In this document: positions 43,763 through 54,025 of the stretch, piece by piece
Position numbering within the stretch: position 1 is the first letter of the stretch
How the letters are laid out: every line of letters begins with the position of its first letter
Source: Verrucomicrobiota bacterium
Lineage (GTDB): Bacteria > Verrucomicrobiota > Verrucomicrobiia > Limisphaerales > UBA11358
DNA length: 61,143 bases
Assembly (NCBI GenBank): GCA_050015635.1
Contig: JBEKBA010000002.1
Location: 1-61,143 of the forward strand
Direction: 5' to 3'
The notes under the pieces: generated by a model
What the model was told of the DNA's origin: nothing
The model's database searches: none
What the model saw: the letters and a program-made list of their open reading frames with translations, nothing else
Position numbers and translations under genes: made by a program

Positions 43763-44140
43763 TTACTGATCGATTATCTTTAAATCATACAACGGTGAAT
43801 AAGCGCTATTGAGCTTGGGTGGCGTGCCGAAATCGTTGTATTGATAGTCGAATTTGAAACGGTAGCTGATTCCATTCTCGTTCGGCGGCACCGGCACGAA
43901 ACCTTCCCAGCGGTTGGTGATCATCGGCACCTGGCGCATATCATAAAGCTGGCCGCTCACGAGCACATAAGGATGAATCGTCTCCCAACGCAACGATTGT
44001 TGTTGCGAGTCGAAGATGACTTCGACGGGATAAAGGTTATTGGGATTGCGTAGCTGTTCCAGCGGCGTCACCCTGGTGAACGTCGCAGCGCAACCTGTCA
44101 ACAACAACAACGGCAAAAGCGACAGAATTTTTTTCCACAT
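43763..44140 (-). CDS. Hypothetical lipoprotein
   Basis: Start MWKKILSLLPLLLLTGCAATF with lipobox LLTGC. No other motif recognised. Confidence 0.5.
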   Translation of the reverse strand: MWKKILSLLPLLLLTGCAATFTRVTPLEQLRNPNNLYPVEVIFDSQQQSLRWETIHPYVLVSGQLYDMRQVPMITNRWEGFVPVPPNENGISYRFKFDYQYNDFGTPPKLNSAYSPLYDLKIIDQ

Positions 44141-44217
44141 AATGCGGAAGCTTCGCAAAATGTGGACGATTTGTAAAGTTGGATTTCAAGGCTTGAATCA
44201 CGATTCATTTAAGACTA

Positions 44218-45600
44218 TTGCTTCGCCAGTTTATGAATCCTCCAAGTCAAATCAGGCCCGCTTCTGGTAATTATCGTTGGGTCATCTGTGGGCTGTTGTT
44301 TTTCTCCACGACCGTCAACTACATGGACCGGCAGGTCATCAGTTATTTGAAGGAATTTTTTTGCACGCCCGCTGAACAAGGCGGCTTCGGCTGGACAAAC
44401 ACAGACTTTGCCTATTTGACTTCATTTTTCACCGGCATTTACGCCGGTTTCACCATCGTGGCCGGCTGGGTCATTGACCGGATCGGCACCAAACTTGGTT
44501 TGACGATTTCTCTCATCATCTGGTCCATCTTTGGCGTTCTCAATGCATTTGTCGGACAACTGGTCGTGATGCACATCGCCGTGCGCAGCGCATTCGCTAT
44601 TGGCGAAGCTGGTAATTTCCCCGCGTCCATCAAAACCGTCGCCGAATGGTTTCCCAAACGCGAACGCGCTTTTGCCACGGGCATTTTCAACAGCGGCTCC
44701 AATTTCGGTGCAATGGTCGCCGCGCTGTTCGTACCGTGGTGTATGATTCATTTTGGCGATCAAGAAGGCTGGAAAATGGCGTTCATTCTGACAGGCTCGG
44801 TCGGATTTCTTTGGTTGATTTTTTGGTTCTGGCTTTATGAAACTCCGGCGCGGCAAAAACGATTATCGAAAGCCGAATACGATTACGTTCACATTGACGA
44901 CGATACTGCGGCCGATGCGCAAACTGGCGACAAAGCCAAAAAAGTTCCATGGGGCAGGCTATTTGGTTACCGGCAAACATGGGCGTTTTTTGTCGGCAAA
45001 TTCATGACTGATGGCATCTGGTGGTTTTATCTGTTCTGGCTGCCGGATTATTTGCACAAACAATTCGGCATGACCAAGCACGATATTATGCTACCGACGT
45101 TCATCGTTTATGCAGTCGCCATCGTCGGCAGTATTTACGGTGGCAGCATTCCCATGACACTCATCAAACGTGGAATGCCGGTTTATACAGCGCGTATGAC
45201 GGCTATGTTCATCATCGCCATTTTTCCGCTGACTGTTTTGACAACGCAATATTTCGGCAACGTTGAACACTTTGGAAAAATGGCCGCCGTGCTCGCCGTT
45301 GCCACCATTTGCATCGGCGCGGCGGCGCATCAAGCATGGTCGGCAAATCTATTCACAACCGTGTCCGATATGTTTCCCAAAAAAACAGTCGCGAGCGTTA
45401 TTGGCATTGGCACGATGGCTGGCGGCATTGGTGGCGGCGTCATTTTGCAAATGCTCGCCGGCAGGCTGACCGACCACTTCAAACAAACGCCGCAAACGGC
45501 TTACCTCATCATGTTCATAATCTGTGCGTTGAGTTATTTAATCGCATGGGGAATTATGAAAGCGCTCGTGCCGCGCCACGAACCGATCACTGATTTGTAA
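44218..45600 (+). CDS. MFS transporter, ACS/hexuronate (ExuT)-like
   Basis: 460 aa, 12 TM segments, with the N-terminal NYMDRQVIS motif typical of the anion:cation symporter subfamily. Confidence 0.75.
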   Translation: MLRQFMNPPSQIRPASGNYRWVICGLLFFSTTVNYMDRQVISYLKEFFCTPAEQGGFGWTNTDFAYLTSFFTGIYAGFTIVAGWVIDRIGTKLGLTISLIIWSIFGVLNAFVGQLVVMHIAVRSAFAIGEAGNFPASIKTVAEWFPKRERAFATGIFNSGSNFGAMVAALFVPWCMIHFGDQEGWKMAFILTGSVGFLWLIFWFWLYETPARQKRLSKAEYDYVHIDDDTAADAQTGDKAKKVPWGRLFGYRQTWAFFVGKFMTDGIWWFYLFWLPDYLHKQFGMTKHDIMLPTFIVYAVAIVGSIYGGSIPMTLIKRGMPVYTARMTAMFIIAIFPLTVLTTQYFGNVEHFGKMAAVLAVATICIGAAAHQAWSANLFTTVSDMFPKKTVASVIGIGTMAGGIGGGVILQMLAGRLTDHFKQTPQTAYLIMFIICALSYLIAWGIMKALVPRHEPITDL

Positions 45601-45669
45601 AAAATTCTGAAAACAAAAGGCCCTTTGAAGCGATCACTCCAACAGGCTGAATTCTTTGCGGTAACAATC

Positions 45670-46443
45670 TTAAATCGTCATCGCATCAAAACCGCCATCC
45701 ACGACCAATTCCGTTCCGGTGATGAAACTGCCCGCATCCGACGCCAGCAACAGAGCCGCACCGGCGAGTTCATGCGCTTCACCGAAACGTTTCATCGGCG
45801 TCTTGGCCATGATTTGAGCCACGCGTTCGGGGTTCAGCACCTTACGATTTTGTTCCGCCGGGAAAAACCCCGGAACCAAAATGTTCACGCGTACCCCTTT
45901 CGCCGCCCATTCGCGCGCAAGGTTTTTAGAAATGTTGTGAACCGCCGCCTTCGAAGCCGAATAAGTGAACACGCGCGACAAGGGGTTCAGTCCCGAAGCC
46001 GAGCCGAGATTGATGATGCTGCCCGAACCTTTCTCGACCATGTGTTTCCCGAAAATCTGGCACGCGAGAACAAGCCCTTTCAAATTCACCGTGATGATTT
46101 TGTCAAACTCCTCCTCGCTGATGTCAAAAAACGGCGTCGGTGAATTCACGCCCGCACCATTCACCAAAACATCCACGCGACTGAACTTTGCCAAAATATC
46201 GGCCAAAAGTTTTTGCAAGCCAGTCTTGGAAGTCGTGTCACACGGGAAAAATTTTGACCTGCCGCCGCCCTTCGCGATTTTGTCCATGCGCGCTTTGGCT
46301 TTGGCTGGATCGCGACCGACAAGCGCAACCGCCGCGCCTGCCGCCGCAAAACCCTCGGCCATTGCACCGCACAATTCGCCCGTGCCGCCGATGACAACCG
46401 CCACCTTGCTTTTGAGTGAAAAAAGTTCCGCTGGTGTTTTCAT
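45670..46443 (-). CDS. SDR-family oxidoreductase (KduD / gluconate 5-dehydrogenase-like)
   Basis: 257 aa with [14 protein letters not shown] and YSASKAAV motifs. Confidence 0.8.
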   Translation of the reverse strand: MKTPAELFSLKSKVAVVIGGTGELCGAMAEGFAAAGAAVALVGRDPAKAKARMDKIAKGGGRSKFFPCDTTSKTGLQKLLADILAKFSRVDVLVNGAGVNSPTPFFDISEEEFDKIITVNLKGLVLACQIFGKHMVEKGSGSIINLGSASGLNPLSRVFTYSASKAAVHNISKNLAREWAAKGVRVNILVPGFFPAEQNRKVLNPERVAQIMAKTPMKRFGEAHELAGAALLLASDAGSFITGTELVVDGGFDAMTI

Positions 46444-46451
46444 AATTTTGT

Positions 46452-47549
46452 TCAGCGTTGAACGCGCGCACTGCCGCCGCCGAAAGTCTTTTCGACTTCC
46501 TTGCGCGTGGCCATCGAAATATCCCCGGGCGTTGTCGAGGCAAGCGCACCATGCGCCGCGCCATATTCAACAGCTTTCTGCGCGTCATTGAATTCAAGAA
46601 AACCAAATTGCAAGCCGCTCGCGAAGCTGTCGCCGCCACCGACGCGATCCAAAATTTCGAGTTCAGGATATTTCCGGCTCTCGAAAAATCTTCCATTATG
46701 CCACAGAATCGCACTCCAGTCGTTCTTCGTCGCGGTGATGACGCGTCGCAACGTTGTCGCGGTCACCTTGAAATTTGGATACGTCTTCATGGCGGTTTCG
46801 ATCATCGTCTTGAACGCATCCGTTTCAATCGTGCCCAAGTTGTGATCCGCGTCTTTGATCTCGAAGCCGAGGCTCGCGGTGAAATCCTCCTCGTTGCCGA
46901 TCATCACGTCCACGTATCTGGCGATCTCCTTGTTGACCTCACGCGCCTTCTTGAGGCCGCCAATGGATTTCCAGAGCGACGGACGATAATTCAAGTCGTA
47001 GCTGACGATGACACCGTGTTTTCTTGCCGCCTTCACCGCTTCAATCGTCAACGCCGCCGTTGTTTCGGACAGCGCGGCGAAAATACCGCCCGTGTGCAGC
47101 CAGCGCGTGCCGATTTTCCCGAAAATATGATCCCAATCGAAGTCGCCAGGCTTGAGTTGTGATGCAGCGGAATTGCCGCGATCCGGCACGCCGACCGCGC
47201 CACGGATGCCGAAGCCGCGTTCGGTGAAATTCAGACCATTGCGGATGCTGCGGCCGATGCCGTCATCTTCGCGCCATTTGATGAAGTCGGTATCCACGCC
47301 GCCCTGCATGATGAAGTCCTCGATGAGATGGCCGACCTCGTTGTCCACGAACGCGGTGCAGACTGCGGTTTTGTAACCGAAACATTTGCGCAAACCGCGC
47401 GAAGCGTTGTATTCACCGCCGCCTTCCCACGCGGTGAAATGCCGCGCGGTACGGACGCGCCCTTCGCCGGGGTCAAGCCGCAGCATAACTTCGCCGAGCG
47501 AGATTTGGTCGTATTTACAAGTGGATTTGTCTCGAAGTTGAATTGCCAT
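46452..47549 (-). CDS. PfkB-family sugar kinase (2-dehydro-3-deoxygluconokinase-like)
   Basis: 365 aa with the [15 protein letters not shown]-binding motif near the C-terminus. Confidence 0.8.
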   Translation of the reverse strand: MAIQLRDKSTCKYDQISLGEVMLRLDPGEGRVRTARHFTAWEGGGEYNASRGLRKCFGYKTAVCTAFVDNEVGHLIEDFIMQGGVDTDFIKWREDDGIGRSIRNGLNFTERGFGIRGAVGVPDRGNSAASQLKPGDFDWDHIFGKIGTRWLHTGGIFAALSETTAALTIEAVKAARKHGVIVSYDLNYRPSLWKSIGGLKKAREVNKEIARYVDVMIGNEEDFTASLGFEIKDADHNLGTIETDAFKTMIETAMKTYPNFKVTATTLRRVITATKNDWSAILWHNGRFFESRKYPELEILDRVGGGDSFASGLQFGFLEFNDAQKAVEYGAAHGALASTTPGDISMATRKEVEKTFGGGSARVQR

Positions 47550-47579
47550 AAAATTTTCAGTTGTGATTTTCGTGAAAGT

Positions 47580-48677
47580 TTATACCTGTACCGATTTGAA
47601 TTCAGCCAAATTCCAAGCCGGTTCGCCAACCTCATGCACGAGATGATTCAATTCCTCGATCTCCGCCTTTGTGAATAGCAGACCGCCGTTTTTCTTCGAC
47701 AATTCGCCCCAGCGGGCTTCCGGCTGCCCGGGCAACAGGCACTTCTCATTGCCGTGACCGAGCACGTCTTCGATGACCGCCCTGACGTTTTGGATTTGCG
47801 AACGGCCTTTGACATAATCGTTGCCTTTCATCGCATCCGGGTGGATGACTTGAAAATAAAACGTCGAGCCACGCTTCTCGCCTTCGCCGCCGCGCGACGT
47901 GCCGCGGATTTCCGGCAGCGAACCGCCGATGAAACCCGCGTAAAGCTCATCAATCAAACCGAGGCCGTAACCTTTGTGTTGCCCAAACGGCAGCAATGCC
48001 ACGGCTTTGTTTGGATCGGTCGTCGGATTGCCTTCCGCATCCACGGCGCAACCGGGCGTAAGCTGTTTGCCTTCACGTTTGAACTGTTGCACACGCCCCA
48101 TTGCCACGGTCGAAGTCGCCCAATCAATCACAATGGGAAAACCAATCGCTTCCTGAGTCGGGAACGCCCACGAATGCGGGTTCGTGCCCATCGTCGGCGT
48201 TTTACCGCCGAACGGCACGACTTCAGACGTGGCCGAGGTGCAATTCGTGTAGGCGATGTAGCCCTTGAGCGCGGCATCCATCACATAGCCGCCGCCCCAG
48301 AGATAATGCGTCGCGTTGTCCACACTGACCATACCCGCGCCGAATTTGTCGGCGAGCTTCATGCAGGTACCCATCGCCTCGTACGCGACGGCCTGGCCGA
48401 GCTTGTAATGTGCGTTCCAGATTTCGGCAGCGGCGAAGCGCGACGGCAGCTTCTCGATCTTCGCGCCGGGCTTCCAGCGGCCGACCTTGCTGCCGAACAA
48501 TTCGTCAAGATGCAGCGCCTTGATGGCGTTGTGCGTGCGGATGCCGTAATACGCGGCGCTGGCGCAAAACCGCGCGCCGGCGGCGGCTTCCACGGCGTCG
48601 TAACCGCGTTTGAGATACGCCTTCGTCACCAGTGTGTCGTGTTTGTCTTTGGGAATGATGTAGTAGGTTTCGGGCAT
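47580..48677 (-). CDS. Ldh_2-family (malate/L-lactate/sulfolactate/diketogulonate) dehydrogenase
   Basis: 365 aa with GGKTPTMGTNPHSWAFP, IDWATSTVAMGRV and LLPFGQHKGYGLGL motifs. Confidence 0.75.
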   Translation of the reverse strand: MPETYYIIPKDKHDTLVTKAYLKRGYDAVEAAAGARFCASAAYYGIRTHNAIKALHLDELFGSKVGRWKPGAKIEKLPSRFAAAEIWNAHYKLGQAVAYEAMGTCMKLADKFGAGMVSVDNATHYLWGGGYVMDAALKGYIAYTNCTSATSEVVPFGGKTPTMGTNPHSWAFPTQEAIGFPIVIDWATSTVAMGRVQQFKREGKQLTPGCAVDAEGNPTTDPNKAVALLPFGQHKGYGLGLIDELYAGFIGGSLPEIRGTSRGGEGEKRGSTFYFQVIHPDAMKGNDYVKGRSQIQNVRAVIEDVLGHGNEKCLLPGQPEARWGELSKKNGGLLFTKAEIEELNHLVHEVGEPAWNLAEFKSVQV

Positions 48678-48698
48678 AAAATTATTAAATAGCGAAAG

Positions 48699-49181
48699 TC
48701 AAGTTATGGCTAAATCAACTTTTCTGCCGTTAATTTTTTCTGGAAATTCAAAATTAAAACGGCTCGCAACGGTTTTTAGCGCACCCCCCATAACGTTTGA
48801 AAGATAAACGCGAAATGCTTTGCCGCGAAGGCCATAATCATTTCGTGAATGTGCGGTGTTATCGGCTTTGCAATATAGAACAGGTTCATGCCAAATGGCC
48901 CAACGAAAGAAATGGTACGAATGAACCCACGCGACAACTGACTCATCAAAAAAATCCGCAATATAAACTGGAATGAGATAATATCCGCAGATTCCTCGCG
49001 GCCATTTTGCAAGCTTGCTAGATTTTGCTGCCAAATAAAGAGAAGGAATCTTTAAAACGACTTGTTGAGTAGTTAGTGAATTACTTTCAATAGGAAAAAC
49101 TCCAGAAACCAGATATGTGCCGGAAACCCACTGTGCAAGAAACGTGGGTTCCGATGCATTTATCTGGAATGTGGCTGGCAT
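48699..49181 (-). CDS. Hypothetical 160-aa protein, AT-rich orphan inside the sugar-acid cluster
   Basis: ATG at 49181 (MPATFQINASEP...). The upstream part of the track ORF overlaps the dehydrogenase gene and is rejected. No motif recognised, and the stretch is visibly AT-richer than its flanks. Confidence 0.35.
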   Translation of the reverse strand: MPATFQINASEPTFLAQWVSGTYLVSGVFPIESNSLTTQQVVLKIPSLYLAAKSSKLAKWPRGICGYYLIPVYIADFFDESVVAWVHSYHFFRWAIWHEPVLYCKADNTAHSRNDYGLRGKAFRVYLSNVMGGALKTVASRFNFEFPEKINGRKVDLAIT

Positions 49182-49201
49182 TTTTTTGAAAAATTGACGC
49201 G

Positions 49202-50179
49202 TTAAACCACTTTCTTCACCGGCACTTCGGGATTCACCTGCGCGATGGGTTTTTCGCCGTTCATCGCGAGGATGAGATTTTTCACGGCGGTCGTGGCCTG
49301 GCGCACCACGCTTTCGTAAGTGCGCGACGCGACATGCGGCGTGCAAACAACGTTTGGCAGCTTGAGCAGTGGATGATCGGCGGGCGGCGGCTCTTTATCC
49401 AGCACATCCGTGCCATAACCGTCAATCTGGCCTGATTTCAAAGCAGCCACCATGTCGTTAGTGTTCACGATTTCACCGCGCGCGCAGTTCAAAATGAGGA
49501 CGCCCTTCTTCATCTTGGCAATGGATTTGGCGTTGATCATGTCGCGCGTTTCCGGTGTGAGATTTGTATGGAGTGAAATGTAATCACCCGTGGCAAAAAC
49601 TTCGTCGAGCGACGCGGCCTTTTTCACGCCGTATTGTTTGCCAAACGCGTCGTCAAAATGATTGTCGTAAGCGATGATTCTCATGCCGAAAGCGCACGCG
49701 CGAATGGCCACTTCTTTTCCGATGCGGCCAAGTCCGATAATGCCGATGGTTTTCTCAAATAGTTCATGGCCTGTCTTGCGTTTCCAGCCGCCAGCACGGG
49801 TCGAGTCAGTGTGAAAAAGAAAATTTTTCTCCAGCGAGAGCAGCAGCAAAAAATTATGTTCGGCAACCGTCATATGATTGACGCCAGGCGTGAAGAGCAG
49901 CGGAATTCCAAATTCGGTGCAGGATTTCACATCAATCTTGTCCACGCCGATGCCGTATTTGCTCAACACTTTTAGCCTCGGATGCGCCTTTTCCAGAACC
50001 TTGCGCGTGATTGCGTCATCGCCGCAAATATAACCGTCCACGTTGCCGACGAGCGCGAGTGTGTCTGTTTCACTTAACGGCCCGCGCGCGGTGATGATTT
50101 CCCAACCGGTTTGGGCCAGTAAATCATGATGCGCGCCGGGCGTATCCTGAAACGAGGTGGTGGTGAGTAAAATTCTCAT
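49202..50179 (-). CDS. D-isomer-specific 2-hydroxyacid dehydrogenase (PGDH/GhrB-like)
   Basis: 325 aa with the GIIGLGRIG NAD-binding motif and the catalytic R/E/H pattern (ARG...TPH). Confidence 0.85.
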   Translation of the reverse strand: MRILLTTTSFQDTPGAHHDLLAQTGWEIITARGPLSETDTLALVGNVDGYICGDDAITRKVLEKAHPRLKVLSKYGIGVDKIDVKSCTEFGIPLLFTPGVNHMTVAEHNFLLLLSLEKNFLFHTDSTRAGGWKRKTGHELFEKTIGIIGLGRIGKEVAIRACAFGMRIIAYDNHFDDAFGKQYGVKKAASLDEVFATGDYISLHTNLTPETRDMINAKSIAKMKKGVLILNCARGEIVNTNDMVAALKSGQIDGYGTDVLDKEPPPADHPLLKLPNVVCTPHVASRTYESVVRQATTAVKNLILAMNGEKPIAQVNPEVPVKKVV

Positions 50180-50190
50180 GGGCTTATTCT

Positions 50191-50222
50191 AAAAAAAACA
50201 ACCTCCGCAGCAATCGCGGAGG
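50191..50222 (-). terminator. Rho-independent terminator downstream of the 50262..50597 ORF
   Basis: Minus strand has a CCTCCGC-(7 nt loop)-GCGGAGG hairpin (50222-50202) followed by TTGTTTTTTTT (50201-50191). Confidence 0.6.
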
Positions 50223-50261
50223 TTAATTAAAAAGTGCCACTGACTTTGAAATTTTGCACGT

Positions 50262-50597
50262 TCACCCCGCGCCCATTCGGGAATGAGCCATCGAGATCAA
50301 GCGCGCCTGCGCCTGTTTGGAAACGCCGGTGAAAACGAACGACACGCGGTAACCGGCGTGCTTATTCCCGGAACAGGCGATGACGACGCCACTGCATTGG
50401 AGCTTGCTGCCATCCCGTGGCGAATGCAGCGCCATGGTCATTTCCGTCCATTCCTTGAATGGTGTCGGGCTGCGAAACTCGATGCCGCTTTTGTGAACGG
50501 TCACCGATTCAGCGGAAAGTTCCAAGTGTGCCTGCCGACCTGCGATGGTGACTGGCTGCCGCAACAAGCCGATGCTTCCGAGTTTTCTTGCGCTCAT
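50262..50597 (-). CDS. Small hypothetical protein, possibly a non-canonical PilZ-like beta-barrel
   Basis: 111 aa. The pattern ...VHKSGIEFRS...SGVVIACSG...YRVSFVF resembles PilZ topology, but the RxxxR / DxSxxG motifs are not intact. Confidence 0.3.
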   Translation of the reverse strand: MSARKLGSIGLLRQPVTIAGRQAHLELSAESVTVHKSGIEFRSPTPFKEWTEMTMALHSPRDGSKLQCSGVVIACSGNKHAGYRVSFVFTGVSKQAQARLISMAHSRMGAG

Positions 50598-50644
50598 AAA
50601 TTCATTCTCAATCTAACACGTTTTAGCCAACCGTCAAACCGCGT

Positions 50645-51670
50645 TTACCATTCAATTATCGCCGCGCCCCACGTCAGACCCGCGCCGAAAACGACAAGCA
50701 AAACCAAATCACCGCGCTGGATTCTTTTTGCCGCGACCGCTTCGTCCAGAGCGATGGCCACCGACGCCGCCGACGTATTGCCGTATTTATCAAGGTTCAC
50801 AAAAAATTGCTCCGGCGTCGCGCCCAGCCGTTCGCCAACCACATCAATGATGCGCCGATTCGCCTGATGCGGAATGACGCATTTGATTTTTGAAATGTCG
50901 AGCTCGCAACGGCGCAGCGCCTCCTGCGCCGCGTTGCACATCGCCTGCACGGCGTTTTTGAAAGTCTCGCGTCCCTCCATTTGCAAATAATGAAGTTTTG
51001 CCGCGACCGAATCCGCCGTCGCCGGACAACGGCTACCGCCGCCGGGCATGAAAAGCAAATCCGCCTTTTCTCCATCCGCGCCCATCACCGCCGTCAAAAG
51101 CCCGTGCGAGTTGGGGCGATTTTGCAAAATTGCCGCGCCCGCACCGTCACCAAAAAGTACACAGGTATTACGATCCTTCCAGTCCACAATCGAGGAAAGT
51201 TTTTCCGCGCCAATGACCAGCACAGTATCGTAAGTGCGCGACATGATGAATTGCTGCGCGACTTCTAGTCCGTAAATGAACCCGGAACAAGCGGCTTCGA
51301 GATCGAACGCCGCCGCGCGCCGCGCGCCGATTTTGTGTTGTACAAAACATGCCGTTGCTGGGAACGGCATATCCGGCGTGACAGTGGCGACAATGATGAG
51401 ATCAATTTGTTCGCCGGTGACACCGGCCATTTTCATCGCGCGTTGCGCCGCGTGTGCACCCATGTCAGAAGTGAATTCGTCCTTCGCCGCCACGCGCCGT
51501 TCCTTGATGCCGGTGCGTGTGGTGATCCATTCGTCCGAAGTCTCTACCATTTTTTCCAAGGCGGTGTTGGTCAAAATTTTCTCCGGCACATACGAACCGA
51601 CGCCGGTAATGGAACAAGAACGGCCTTGGAAATTGTGTTTGGCGCGCGGGTTTTTGAATTTGGTGTTCAT
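50645..51670 (-). CDS. fabH: Beta-ketoacyl-ACP synthase III
   Basis: EAACSGFIYGL (active Cys), HQANRRI and GNTSAASV motifs. The ATG at 51670 forms ATGA with the plsX stop. Confidence 0.9.
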   Translation of the reverse strand: MNTKFKNPRAKHNFQGRSCSITGVGSYVPEKILTNTALEKMVETSDEWITTRTGIKERRVAAKDEFTSDMGAHAAQRAMKMAGVTGEQIDLIIVATVTPDMPFPATACFVQHKIGARRAAAFDLEAACSGFIYGLEVAQQFIMSRTYDTVLVIGAEKLSSIVDWKDRNTCVLFGDGAGAAILQNRPNSHGLLTAVMGADGEKADLLFMPGGGSRCPATADSVAAKLHYLQMEGRETFKNAVQAMCNAAQEALRRCELDISKIKCVIPHQANRRIIDVVGERLGATPEQFFVNLDKYGNTSAASVAIALDEAVAAKRIQRGDLVLLVVFGAGLTWGAAIIEW

Positions 51671-52710
51671 GCAGAAACAGCACAACTGGAATCGTCGCCC
51701 CCGTTCAATTTTTCATTCGCGCGCGCTATTTCACGGGCGATGATTTGATTAACCTGGTGCTGTACGGCATCGGCGGTGACACGCAACGCGCTGGCAATGG
51801 CGCGTTCGCGTGCCGAACCGTGCGCCTTGAAAACCATGCCGTTGAAGCCGAGCAACGGCGCGCCACCATAAACTTCCGGGTCCATGCGCCGCCGGATGGC
51901 GCGAAAGGCATCTTTCGCAAGATACGCGCCGATTTGTCGTTTCGGACTCTGTGTCAACTCGCGCTTGAGCATTGAGAACATCGCGACGGCGAGGCTCTCG
52001 GAAGTTTTCAAAACGATATTGCCAACAAATCCGTCGCACACGACAACATCCACATGGTCTTTGAATAAATCGTGGCCTTCAACGTTGCCAATGAAATTCA
52101 ATTCAAGATGCTTGCACAGTTTGAAGGCGTCAAGCGTCAGTTCGTTGCCTTTGGAATCCTCGGTGCCGATACTCAAAATGCCGACACGCGGCTTTTTGCG
52201 GCCGAGTACTTCACGCGAATAAACGCTGCCCATCACCGCGAATTGCGCGAGGTGAAACGGTTTGCATTCGATGTTTGCACCAGCATCAAGCAGCACAAAT
52301 TCGTTACCCTGCCGCGGAATGACCGTCGCAATGCAACCGCGATCCACGCCGGAAATGCGCCCAACCTTGAACGTGGCCGCCGCAAAAATACCGCCCGTGT
52401 TACCGAGTGAAACGACCGCGTCAGCCTCGCCATCACGAACGAGTTCGGCGGCGCGCGCGATGGAGGAATCTTTTTTTTTGCGGAGTGCGACGACCGGTTT
52501 GTCATCCATCGTCACCACTTCACTAGTGTGGATGACGCGCACGCGATGGTCACGGAAGCCGCGCGGCGGCAACGCCGCGTGGATGGCATCCTGATCACCG
52601 ACGAGGTAGAGGGCGGTGATTTTTTTGTTGGCCTCAAGCGCCAGCTTGGCACCTGCGATGACCACTCCGCAACCATGGTCCCCGCCCATGACATCCACTG
52701 CGATTCGCAT
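51667..52710 (-). CDS. plsX: Phosphate acyltransferase
   Basis: MRIAVDVMGGDHG start (ATG at 52710), FVGNIVLK motif, and the rpmF-plsX-fabH order. Confidence 0.9.
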   Translation of the reverse strand: MRIAVDVMGGDHGCGVVIAGAKLALEANKKITALYLVGDQDAIHAALPPRGFRDHRVRVIHTSEVVTMDDKPVVALRKKKDSSIARAAELVRDGEADAVVSLGNTGGIFAAATFKVGRISGVDRGCIATVIPRQGNEFVLLDAGANIECKPFHLAQFAVMGSVYSREVLGRKKPRVGILSIGTEDSKGNELTLDAFKLCKHLELNFIGNVEGHDLFKDHVDVVVCDGFVGNIVLKTSESLAVAMFSMLKRELTQSPKRQIGAYLAKDAFRAIRRRMDPEVYGGAPLLGFNGMVFKAHGSARERAIASALRVTADAVQHQVNQIIAREIARANEKLNGGDDSSCAVSA

Positions 52711-52758
52711 AGATGAAATGAAAAAATGCGGAAAAAATTTCCGCAACACGCAATTAAA

Positions 52759-52947
52759 TTACGCGCCTGCTGTGACGCTCAAAACCTGGCGGCCTTTGTA
52801 GTAACCGCACGCCGGACAGACGCGGTGCGGCACATACGGCGCAGCACATTGCGGGCAAGTCTCCAGTTGCGGCAGTTTCAGCACGCTGTTATAAGCACGG
52901 CGCATACGCTGCCGGCTCCGAGATGGTTTACGCTTGGGAACACCCAT
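52759..52947 (-). CDS. rpmF: 50S ribosomal protein L32
   Basis: MGVPKRKPSRSRQRMRRA... with the CxxC...CxxC zinc ribbon. Confidence 0.9.
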   Translation of the reverse strand: MGVPKRKPSRSRQRMRRAYNSVLKLPQLETCPQCAAPYVPHRVCPACGYYKGRQVLSVTAGA

Positions 52948-52962
52948 AAAAAAAATTCAAAA

Positions 52963-53442
52963 TTACAATTTTAATTTGTCCAATTTCGTCCACACCGATG
53001 AAATAATTTTGCTTTCGCCGCCGGTTTTGGCCTTGCCAGTGGAGATTTTCTCCAACCCGCGACAGTCCGCCTTGCACAACGGATGTTGCGGAAACTCAAG
53101 GAGAATATCTTCGCGCATGAATGGCGTCAAGTCCACGCAATCGTTATCCACAGTCACCGCTTCCTCGCCTGCGAGTGGCAAATGCAGCGTCCACGGATTC
53201 AATGCCAGTTCGCGCGTGAATTTTTTCAAACAACGAACGCATTCACATTCCAGTGTAACTAGAAGTTCACCTTGAACCAAAAGATCGTCGTCCAATTTTT
53301 GAACTTTGAAATCGTGGCGTAGCGGCTGCAAGACGCGGATCATTTCGTCGTGCGCGTCCAAGTTCAGTTCAGACAATGGCAGCTCGCCCTGCAAACGAAT
53401 TTCGCACACCTCCAAATGGCGAAGATTGACGGTCAACGGCAT
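52963..53442 (-). CDS. yceD: YceD-family (DUF177) protein
   Basis: 159 aa, upstream of rpmF as in most bacteria. It has an acidic hairpin region and a CKADCRGL motif. Confidence 0.75.
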   Translation of the reverse strand: MPLTVNLRHLEVCEIRLQGELPLSELNLDAHDEMIRVLQPLRHDFKVQKLDDDLLVQGELLVTLECECVRCLKKFTRELALNPWTLHLPLAGEEAVTVDNDCVDLTPFMREDILLEFPQHPLCKADCRGLEKISTGKAKTGGESKIISSVWTKLDKLKL

Positions 53443-53485
53443 AAATTATTAACCTGAGGACACGCTGGCGCAAAAAATTTGCTGC

Positions 53486-53980
53486 TTATGCCTTTGTGCC
53501 TTCGCGGTTCATGATTTTTATCAAAGCCTTCTGAACGTGCGCGGGGACGAACGCGCCCACATCGCCGCCAAGCCGCGCGATTTCCTTCACAATGCGCGAG
53601 CTTAAAAATGTGTAAGTGTCCTTCGGCATCATGAAAATTGTCTCGATATTTTCGTTCAACTTCCGGTTCATCAACGCGAGCTGAAACTCAAATTCAAAAT
53701 CCGATACAGCGCGCAACCCGCGCACAATCGCCTGCGCCTTTCGACTCACAACGTATTCCACGAGCAGGCCATCAAACGTGTCGGCTTCGACATTCGGCAA
53801 ATGTTTCACGGCCTGTTTTACCAGCGCGAGTCGTTCGTTAGATGTGAAGAACGGTTGTTTTCCTTCATTTTTCGCCACCGCCATGACGACGCGGTCGAAC
53901 AATTTGGCCGCGCGCTGCACCACGTCCAGATGACCATTGGTGAGCGGATCGAAACTGCCGGGATAAATCGCCGTGCGCAT
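53486..53980 (-). CDS. coaD: Pantetheine-phosphate adenylyltransferase
   Basis: AIYPGSFDPLTNGHLD (HxGH-type motif) and ISSRIVKEI near the C-terminus. ATG at 53980. Confidence 0.9.
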   Translation of the reverse strand: MRTAIYPGSFDPLTNGHLDVVQRAAKLFDRVVMAVAKNEGKQPFFTSNERLALVKQAVKHLPNVEADTFDGLLVEYVVSRKAQAIVRGLRAVSDFEFEFQLALMNRKLNENIETIFMMPKDTYTFLSSRIVKEIARLGGDVGAFVPAHVQKALIKIMNREGTKA

Positions 53981-54025
53981 TAAAATCAATCTAACAAACT
54001 CGAAAAAATTGACGAGGAAGAAAAA

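Noticed and set aside
47754-48692. 312-aa plus-strand ORF opposite the Ldh_2 dehydrogenase, and 46458..47162 opposite the kinase
   Set aside because: These are shadow frames; the minus-strand products carry the family motifs.
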